Part shown: positions 1 to 6,488 of the stretch, one piece after another
Numbering within the stretch: the stretch's first letter is position 1
Layout: every line of letters starts with the position of its first letter
Source of the DNA: an uncultured Planctomycetia bacterium
GTDB lineage: Bacteria; Omnitrophota; Gorgyraeia; VGKH01; JBHPFN01
Length of the DNA stretch: 64,000 bases
Reading direction: 5' to 3'
Assembly (NCBI GenBank): GCA_964406665.1
Contig: CAYOSQ010000002.1
Coordinates: 3,598-67,597 of the forward strand
Program-made: the position numbers and the translations under genes
Notes under the pieces: model-generated
Seen by the model: the letters and a program-made list of their open reading frames with translations, nothing else
Told to the model about the DNA's origin: nothing
Database searches by the model: none

Positions 1-60
1 TTTAACTAATTCAAACTGAATCTGCTTAATAAATTTCGTAAGTTTACCGATCCATTAGGA

Positions 61-864
61 GTGGAGGAGACTAGTAGAGTTCTTAGGACCTATGATCATG
101 CTTCTGTAATTGGTACCTTTTACTACCCTAAGGTAGATGTAGCTGTCAAAACACATTATAGAGAAGAAAGGTATAACACCGATGATTCTATCGGAGCCTT
201 TTTGGGTCAAAGCCTTACTTATAAAGATCTGAACCGTCATGAATTCGAAGGTGAAATAGAATCTGCCTGGAAACTATGGCCAAAAACTGCTTTTCTTTTT
301 TCTGGACTTTTCGGGGAAGTTGAGCATGAAACCGGCAAGAAAAGTGATTCTACCTTTTATGGTATTTTAACAGGTTTGCGCGGGAAGCCTACTTCTAAAA
401 TGACCGTTGAGGCAAAAACTGGTTTTCGTTCACAGGACTATACTGATAATGTTACAGATTTTAATAGTTTAGTTTTTTATGGTACTATAATTGAAGATTT
501 TACCACTAGGGATATTTTACGTATTGATTTTACCAGAACACCACAAGAGACTACATTTGCTAACAACGCCTACTATGAGAGCTCATATTTAAGCACAAGC
601 TATAAACATGGATTTACGGAAAGTTTCTTTGGTCTTTTAGATGGTTCTTATGAGCTTAGTGATTATCCTGAACATGTAACAGAGTCAGGCAAAACTGCTA
701 TACGAAAAGATAATTATTGGTCTGCTGGTGCTGGCTTAATTTATGAGTTGCCGAAAGGTTATAAGATTGATTTTAAATATTCATTTAGAAAGAATGACTC
801 TAATTTTTCTGCCTATGAATATAAAAATAATCGGTTTATGCTTTCCCTGTACGGTAGTTTTTAA
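61..864 (+). CDS. Outer-membrane beta-barrel-like protein. N-terminus uncertain: GTG start, no signal peptide, possibly truncated or frameshifted upstream.
   Basis: Alternating amphipathic beta-strand pattern and a C-terminal aromatic residue (ends ...LYGSF). In-frame stop at nt 7-9 with no ATG between it and GTG 61. Lies upstream of a Poly_export gene. Confidence 0.4.
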   Translation: MEETSRVLRTYDHASVIGTFYYPKVDVAVKTHYREERYNTDDSIGAFLGQSLTYKDLNRHEFEGEIESAWKLWPKTAFLFSGLFGEVEHETGKKSDSTFYGILTGLRGKPTSKMTVEAKTGFRSQDYTDNVTDFNSLVFYGTIIEDFTTRDILRIDFTRTPQETTFANNAYYESSYLSTSYKHGFTESFFGLLDGSYELSDYPEHVTESGKTAIRKDNYWSAGAGLIYELPKGYKIDFKYSFRKNDSNFSAYEYKNNRFMLSLYGSF

Positions 865-957
865 TAGATGTTTTGTAAGCTAGAATTTCTAAAAACCACT
901 TAGGGTCGCCATGAGAAACTTGGGTGGTTTTTGTTTTCTGTAAAGGAATTAATAGTG

Positions 958-1347
958 ATGAAGCAGAAAATTATTATATGTTTTATATTGATGCTAAGTA
1001 TTATTTTCTCACCTTCAGTAATTGTTCTTGCCCAGCAATTAACCTATCGCCTTCAACCCGAAGATATTTTACATGTTACAGTTTATGAGCAACCGGATTT
1101 AGAAACCAAGGTTCGCATAACTTCTAACGGTGAGATCACCCTTCCTTTAATCGGAAAAGTAAAAGTAACTGATTTTACAGTTAGTGAGTTGCGGGAAAAA
1201 ATCGAAGTTCTTTTAGAAAAAGATTATTTGGTTAACCCCCAGGTGCAGGTTTTTATCGAAAAATATCATGTTAAGCAAGTCTCTGTGCTTGGTTCTGTGA
1301 AGAAACCCGGTAAATATGATATGCATGCGGAATTGATGATCCTGTAG
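958..1347 (+). CDS. Polysaccharide export protein, Wza-like Poly_export domain only. Short; possibly truncated.
   Basis: ATG at 958 with an AAAGGAA RBS 10 nt upstream; the track start at 931 is TTG. Signal peptide MKQKIIICFILMLSIIFSPSVIVLA. Poly_export-like core (ITLPLIGKVKV, LREKI, VNPQVQV). No SLBB domains follow. Confidence 0.6.
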   Translation: MKQKIIICFILMLSIIFSPSVIVLAQQLTYRLQPEDILHVTVYEQPDLETKVRITSNGEITLPLIGKVKVTDFTVSELREKIEVLLEKDYLVNPQVQVFIEKYHVKQVSVLGSVKKPGKYDMHAELMIL

Positions 1348-1466
1348 CTTTAGGATTTCAGATTGTGGCAGAAGCATATAGCCGGCCTGAAACATCACCA
1401 CCACCAATTATTCCACCACCACCAGAGCCTTTAAGCGAAACTTAATAACTACGCTGAAAAGTTTCA

Positions 1467-1500
1467 GCCCCGCAGAATTTTCTGCGGGGCTTTTTTGTTT
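1467..1500 (+). terminator. Rho-independent terminator
   Basis: Perfect stem GCCCCGCAGAA / TTCTGCGGGGC followed by TTTTTTGTTT, directly downstream of the Wza-like ORF. Confidence 0.8.
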
Positions 1501-1524
1501 CTTAGAATTATATAAATGATTTGT

Positions 1525-1572
1525 TTGACAAAATAATAATTATACGGTATATTAATATTGAGCATATGCTCA
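1525..1572 (+). promoter_or_regulatory. Sigma70-type promoter (TTGACA-17-TATATT) with a 14-bp perfect palindrome TGAGCATATGCTCA at the predicted transcription start
   Basis: -35 TTGACA at 1525-1530, 17-nt spacer, -10 TATATT at 1548-1553. Palindrome at 1559-1572. About 70 nt upstream of the DUF134 ORF. Confidence 0.55.
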
Positions 1573-1630
1573 TAATAAATAGGGGGTTAAGCCAAAGCTT
1601 TTTTAGGGAAGAGGTTAAAAAGGATAGAAT

Positions 1631-1933
1631 ATGAAACCACGAGGAAGGCCGGTTAAAATCAGAAAGGTTAAAAAGGAGCCTAAAATCAGTCAATTCAGCC
1701 CAAGGGGACGTCCTGGGAGGCCTGATGAAATAATGCTGACATTGGACGAATTTGAGGCCATTAGGTTGGCAGATTACAGTAGGCTCAGTCAGGAAAAATC
1801 TGCAGCAGCAATGGAAGTTTCCCGGGCAACATTTGGTAGGATAATCAGGCAAGCAAGATATAAATTATCAGACGCATTGATCTCCGGAAAAATCATTAGA
1901 ATTTACGGAGGTAAGATAGCTATTAAAGAATAA
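1631..1933 (+). CDS. DUF134 (UPF0251) family small DNA-binding protein with a sigma-70 region-4-like HTH
   Basis: N-terminus MKPRGRPVKIRKV...FSPRGRP and HTH-like LSQEKSAAAMEVSRATFGRIIRQARYKL match the DUF134 pattern. ATG start with an AAGGA RBS. Confidence 0.6.
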   Translation: MKPRGRPVKIRKVKKEPKISQFSPRGRPGRPDEIMLTLDEFEAIRLADYSRLSQEKSAAAMEVSRATFGRIIRQARYKLSDALISGKIIRIYGGKIAIKE

Positions 1934-2195
1934 ATTTCCCCATTAATAATCCTGTTAATTACTAAAGATAGTTAAACCGGTCTTGGAATTGCCCTATAGC
2001 CTAACTTCCTATAATATATGTTATGTTAACTTTATGATATTGGAGAAATCACATGTATAGGCGTTAGCCCTATGTGGTTAGGAGAATTCAATAATTTCCT
2101 GTGAATAACTCAGTTCAGATTTACTTGTATATACTTATGTTTTTATATTGTTGCAGATAGGGGCTTTTTTCTAACAGAAATTTACCTAGATTTAC

Positions 2196-3362
2196 TTATT
2201 CACGGGTTAGCTTTACAGAGGCCGGGAATACTGTCCAATCCCCGAACTTGTCATTAATCGCATCAAATGCTTTGATTAGATCCTCCCTCCGTTTTTCTCC
2301 AGGAAACAGATGGAGGTCTTTCTGAGCCTGAGATAATCCTGATACACTTACTCCTATAGCCCGGATTCTAAAAATAGGTATATTTGACTGGGAAATTATA
2401 TACCTACAGCGGTTATATATTTGATAACTATCAAACGTATAATCACTGAAGCTTTTTTGCTTAGATAGCAGTTTTCCGGTTGAACCAACAAGATTTAAAT
2501 GGGTGGTTTTTGCCTGGAGATTTTTATGCCTGAGACGTTGTCCGACCATTTCAGAAAGTAGTCTAATCCAGCCAAAAATGGCTTGTTTTTCGCTTATTGG
2601 TTTTGGTAAAGTGTATGAATGACCAATGGATTTCGGAGGCAATTTGGGGCATTCTGAGGCCATTACAGGGCTATCTTCAATGAGCCTTACGGCATCATAA
2701 AGCCAGAGTCCTACCTTTCCGAATTTCTCTGAAAGGATGCTTTCTGGGATATTAAAAAGGTCTTGGCATGTGTAAATTTTAAGGCTGTTTAGATGTTCCT
2801 TTAAGCTACTGCCAACGCCGCATAATTTTTCTACAGGTGTGGCTTGAAGTATATCCTGTAGATTGCTTTCCTGGATTAAGGTTAATCCATCTGGCTTGTT
2901 TAGCCCTGAGCCTAGCTTGGCCAGCGTCCGGGTTGTTGATATGCCTATTGAGCATGTGATATTGAATCTTTCCTTGATCCTGTTTTTGATGTTCTTGGCT
3001 ATGGTTTCTAGGGGTCCTAAAATGGCTTCTAGGCCGCTTAGATCTAGGATAAATTCATCAACTGAGGCGCATTCTGTATTTGGGCTGAATTCTTTAAGGA
3101 TCTCAAATATTTCTCTGGATGCGTATATGTATTTAGCTGAGTCCGCAGCTACAAATTGGGCCTTAGGGCATAATTTAAAAGCTTCTTTGCAAGGCATCCC
3201 AGAGTCTATGCCGTAGGCTTTGGCTTCATATGAGGCTGCGCAGACAACTGTATGAAGCCTGTTTCCTCTAGCTCCTACTATTAAAGGCTTGCCTTTGAGT
3301 TTAGGATTGGCGGTTTGTTCTATGGATGCAAAAAAGGCATCCATATCTACATGAAGTATCAT
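2196..3362 (-). CDS. dinB: DNA polymerase IV (Y-family, DinB)
   Basis: MILHVDMDAFFASIEQ... is the canonical Y-family N-terminus, and the protein has Y-family palm and finger motifs. It is the last gene of a lexA cassette. Confidence 0.9.
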   Translation of the reverse strand: MILHVDMDAFFASIEQTANPKLKGKPLIVGARGNRLHTVVCAASYEAKAYGIDSGMPCKEAFKLCPKAQFVAADSAKYIYASREIFEILKEFSPNTECASVDEFILDLSGLEAILGPLETIAKNIKNRIKERFNITCSIGISTTRTLAKLGSGLNKPDGLTLIQESNLQDILQATPVEKLCGVGSSLKEHLNSLKIYTCQDLFNIPESILSEKFGKVGLWLYDAVRLIEDSPVMASECPKLPPKSIGHSYTLPKPISEKQAIFGWIRLLSEMVGQRLRHKNLQAKTTHLNLVGSTGKLLSKQKSFSDYTFDSYQIYNRCRYIISQSNIPIFRIRAIGVSVSGLSQAQKDLHLFPGEKRREDLIKAFDAINDKFGDWTVFPASVKLTRE

Positions 3363-3363
3363 T

Positions 3364-3651
3364 TTAGGCTATTTTATCTAATTTCCAGATTAGGGTTTTA
3401 TCATTGAAAGATATCTGACATATTTCGCATCCGGTATCTACGCAGAACCTGTTTATGCGTTCCTGACCGTTTTTTTCCTGCCAGGAATATGTTATTCTCT
3501 TTATTTTGATTAGTCTATTATGCCAGGTGAAGAAGCGCGGCAACATCTTCCCTTTATCAAAAAGGACTGATACAGCAATGGAATCATTGAGAAAGCCTGA
3601 TTTCTGGGAGCTTGGCATTTGTCTGTCCCAGCGTGCCTGGGGATTGAACAT
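3364..3651 (-). CDS. Hypothetical 95-aa protein in the SOS cassette (Cys-containing CVDTGCEIC)
   Basis: ATG sits 3 nt after the lexA stop, and the ORF stop is 2 nt before the dinB start. I recognise no family. Confidence 0.5.
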   Translation of the reverse strand: MFNPQARWDRQMPSSQKSGFLNDSIAVSVLFDKGKMLPRFFTWHNRLIKIKRITYSWQEKNGQERINRFCVDTGCEICQISFNDKTLIWKLDKIA

Positions 3652-3654
3652 GAT

Positions 3655-4248
3655 TTAGAATTTTTTTATAACTGCTATGACGCGGCCTATTATGCTGAAA
3701 TTTTTATATATAGGTGGATATTTTTTATTAGCCGCTTCAAGCCATATTTTGCTATTTTTTTGCCTGAAGCGTTTAGCAGTGGCTTCTTGATTTAGTAAAG
3801 CTATTACTAAATCTTTATCTTTAGCAATGCGTTGTTTCTTTACTATGGCCATATCGCCTTCAAAAATACCTGCTTCGATTAGGCTGTCGCCTTTTATGCG
3901 TAAGGCAAATATTGGTTGTTCAGGTGTGCTTGAGAATTCATCAAAATCAATATGTTCTTCAAATTCTTCAAAGGCTAAATCTGGAGCTCCTGCTATAACT
4001 TGACCTATGACTGGAACGCGGAATCCCAAATGTTTCTTCAATTCGATATGCCTTGATTTTTTAGGAGTTTTCTTTAGGTACCCTCTTAAGATAAAAACCT
4101 TGAGATAGTCCCTGACTGTGCCTGTTGAGGAAAATCCAAAATTGCGCGCTATTTCTCTTATGGTTGGAGGTATTCCTTCTTGCGTAATCTTTTCTTGTAT
4201 GAATTTGAGAACTTTTCTTTGTTTATAGGTTAAATCTTGGATTATCAT
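3655..4248 (-). CDS. lexA: LexA repressor (HTH plus S24 peptidase)
   Basis: DLTYKQRKVLKFI...IPPTIREIA wHTH and a C-terminal S24 domain (GDSLIEAGI... K). Start reassigned to ATG 4246-4248 (MIIQ); the track start at 4287 is a TTG that coincides with the -35 box. Confidence 0.85.
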   Translation of the reverse strand: MIIQDLTYKQRKVLKFIQEKITQEGIPPTIREIARNFGFSSTGTVRDYLKVFILRGYLKKTPKKSRHIELKKHLGFRVPVIGQVIAGAPDLAFEEFEEHIDFDEFSSTPEQPIFALRIKGDSLIEAGIFEGDMAIVKKQRIAKDKDLVIALLNQEATAKRFRQKNSKIWLEAANKKYPPIYKNFSIIGRVIAVIKKF

Positions 4249-4256
4249 ATCAGTAG

Positions 4257-4287
4257 GTTTATACCACACATTTGTGTGGTAAGTCAA
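4257..4287 (-). promoter_or_regulatory. lexA promoter (TTGACT-18-TGgTATAAA) with an 18-bp perfect palindrome ACCACACAAATGTGTGGT in the spacer; candidate LexA/SOS box
   Basis: On the minus strand: TTGACT t ACCACACAAATGTGTGGT ATAAAC cctactgat ATG. Palindrome at 4263-4280. Confidence 0.55.
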
Positions 4288-4314
4288 GAAAAAAAATAAA
4301 ATAAGGATTCTTTG

Positions 4315-5274
4315 TTATTTTTGATCTTCTCCAATCTTGCAAAGTACTTCTTCCATAATATCTTCGATGGTTACAATGCCAACAAACTTATTGTCTTTAA
4401 TTATCGCTGTCATTGTTTCCTTGTTGGCTTGCATTCTGGAAAATAACTGGTCAATCCTAAAGCTTATATCTGTTTTTCTAACTGGACGAATAAACTCTAT
4501 CCATTCCCCTTCGCTGTAAAATATATCAAAAATATTAATTAGGCCCACCAGCTGCTTATTTTTGAACACTGGAAAACGGCTGAAGCCGTGTATTTTTGAT
4601 TTGTCTTTAATTTGTTCTTTTGTTTCTCGATAGTCTACTCTTATAACTTTACTAAGTGGTGTCATTATGTCGGCAACTTTTGTAAGAGTAAAATCAAAAA
4701 CACTTTGGATTATCTCTTCTTCCCCTTCTTCGAGCACCCCTTGATCCGATATTTCTTTTACGAGTGTTTTAATTTCTTCTTTTGTCAGAAGTGGATTTTT
4801 TCTTGATGGTTTTATACCAAAAAGTCTTATAATTAAAGATGATATCGAGCTAGCAATAATCACTATAGGGGTTAATATCTTTTGAGCTATGCTTAGCGGA
4901 GGTGAGATTATGGGAACTATTTTATTGGCATGCTCTCTAAAAATTGCTTTAGGGATAATTTCTCCGAAGATCAATATCAGGGGTGTCATGATTGCAGTTG
5001 CAATTAATGTACCATTGTCATCAAAGACGCGTATGCAGATTGAAGTTGCCAGAGATGAAGCAATGACAACTGAAAGGTTCGTACCTGCAAGCGTTGTGGC
5101 TAAGAGTTTATCCGGTCTTTTTAATAATCCATAGGCAACCGATGCTTGCTTTTTGCCTTTTTCTACAAGGTGTCTTAGGCGAATCAAATTCGTTGAAACA
5201 AGCGCTGTTTCACTACCTGAGAAGAATGCCTCAAAAATTAATGCTATGAATATAAGGGTTATGTATATGCTCAT
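4315..5274 (-). CDS. CNNM/CorC-HlyC family transporter (DUF21 plus CBS pair)
   Basis: N-terminal DUF21 membrane domain with a FFSGSETAL motif, followed by CBS domains. Confidence 0.8.
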   Translation of the reverse strand: MSIYITLIFIALIFEAFFSGSETALVSTNLIRLRHLVEKGKKQASVAYGLLKRPDKLLATTLAGTNLSVVIASSLATSICIRVFDDNGTLIATAIMTPLILIFGEIIPKAIFREHANKIVPIISPPLSIAQKILTPIVIIASSISSLIIRLFGIKPSRKNPLLTKEEIKTLVKEISDQGVLEEGEEEIIQSVFDFTLTKVADIMTPLSKVIRVDYRETKEQIKDKSKIHGFSRFPVFKNKQLVGLINIFDIFYSEGEWIEFIRPVRKTDISFRIDQLFSRMQANKETMTAIIKDNKFVGIVTIEDIMEEVLCKIGEDQK

Positions 5275-6488
5275 TTTTTAATAATTATGCTTCGGATTCT
5301 TTTACCTGCAAGTTCTTCTATTTGAAATGTTAGGTTTTCGTATTTGATAGTTTCTTTTGTTTTAGGTATTTTTTCAAAAAGCTCAAGGACAAAACCGGCA
5401 ATTATTCCTTGTTCCTCAGGAAGATTTATATCCAACTCTTCATTTACATCGGTAATTAGGGCTTTGCCGCTTATCTTGTATTGGTTTTCGTTAATCTGTT
5501 CGATAATTTTTTCCGGAACTTCGAATTCATCATAGATTTCTCCAAAGATTTCTTCATTAATATCTTCGGCAGTTACCAATCCATCAGTTCCGCCGTATTC
5601 ATCAATCACTACAGCAACTTTGGTTTTTTGTTCTCCGAACGATTGCGCCAGATCATATATTTTTTTGGCTCCGGGAACAAAAAGCACAGGTTTGACTAAA
5701 CCGTTAAACTTTTTCTGTGGATTTAAAAAAGCTTCTTTCGTGTATATAACGCCGATAATCTTATCTATCGAATTGACATATACAGGTATTTTTGCATGGC
5801 GGATATTTTTTGCGAATTCTATAAATTTTTCTTTTTCCATGTCTAGCGGTACAGCTTTGATATCAACCCGAGGAGTCATTATTTCTTCAGCAGTAGTATC
5901 TGTAAAGTCTAATACGGCATTTATCATTTCTTTTTCTTGTTCTTTAACCTGACCTTCTTTGTGTCCGACCTTTAGCACAGTTTTGAATTCTTCTTCAGTT
6001 AGAAAAGGCTCTTTATCTTCTGATTCGATATCTATCAGAGATGTTATTTTGTTTGTTATAAAGGTGAGTATTTTTCTTATGGGGGTTATTAGCTTTGAAA
6101 ATATCCAAAGTGGACGCGATACAAATCTTGAGAAATTCTCCGATCTATTTATAGCATATGTTTTTGGAGTTACCTCTCCAAAAACCAAAAGTAAAAATGT
6201 CATAATACCAATGCTAATTCCTGTACCTTTATTTCCGAATAAATCTATCAACATTGATGTTGCCAGAGCCGAGGCTGCAACATTAACCAACATGTTGCCG
6301 ACAAGGACAGTGATTAATAGTCGGTTGGGATCTTTGATTAATCTTGAAATATAGCGTGTGTTTCCTCCTCTTTTTTGAAGTTTTCTGAATTTGAGATTAT
6401 CTATAGAAAGAAGGGCTGTTTCGCTGCCTGAGAAAAATGCAGAAAAGGTTAGAAGTATAAAAAATGAGATAAGTTTATATATAGTCAT
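5271..6488 (-). CDS. CNNM/CorC-HlyC family transporter (DUF21, CBS, CorC_HlyC); tandem paralog
   Basis: FFSGSETALLS motif, CBS pair and C-terminal transporter-associated domain. Overlaps the paralog by 4 nt. Confidence 0.8.
   Translation of the reverse strand: MTIYKLISFFILLTFSAFFSGSETALLSIDNLKFRKLQKRGGNTRYISRLIKDPNRLLITVLVGNMLVNVAASALATSMLIDLFGNKGTGISIGIMTFLLLVFGEVTPKTYAINRSENFSRFVSRPLWIFSKLITPIRKILTFITNKITSLIDIESEDKEPFLTEEEFKTVLKVGHKEGQVKEQEKEMINAVLDFTDTTAEEIMTPRVDIKAVPLDMEKEKFIEFAKNIRHAKIPVYVNSIDKIIGVIYTKEAFLNPQKKFNGLVKPVLFVPGAKKIYDLAQSFGEQKTKVAVVIDEYGGTDGLVTAEDINEEIFGEIYDEFEVPEKIIEQINENQYKISGKALITDVNEELDINLPEEQGIIAGFVLELFEKIPKTKETIKYENLTFQIEELAGKRIRSIIIKK

Noticed and set aside
55-240. 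61-aa minus-strand ORF at the window start
   Set aside because: It overlaps the better-supported plus-strand beta-barrel ORF and has no homology or RBS.
889-935. Possible terminator hairpin (CCAC…GTGG followed by a T-run) after the beta-barrel ORF
   Set aside because: The stem is only 4 bp with a 24-nt loop, and the inner pairing is imperfect. Too weak to call.
1380-1445. Pro-rich tail …PETSPPPIIPPPPEPLSET as a possible PEP-CTERM sorting signal
   Set aside because: No hydrophobic TM segment or basic tail follows the PEP, so it does not fit the PEP-CTERM architecture. More likely a frameshifted remnant.
2863-3216. Plus-strand ORFs antisense to well-supported minus-strand genes, for example 2863-3216, 4337-4519, 5959-6354, 28815-29126, 41550-42011, 48385-48804 and 57193-57579
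   Set aside because: They lie entirely inside, and opposite to, genes with clear homology such as dinB, gmhA and rplO. They have low-complexity or skewed composition and no RBS. They are by-products of the AT-rich antisense strand.
4249-4287. N-terminal extension of lexA in the ORF track (MTYHTNVWYKPTD)
   Set aside because: Its start codon is TTG and coincides with the promoter -35 hexamer, and the extension covers the palindromic operator. The true start is ATG 4246-4248, matching the LexA N-terminal alignment.
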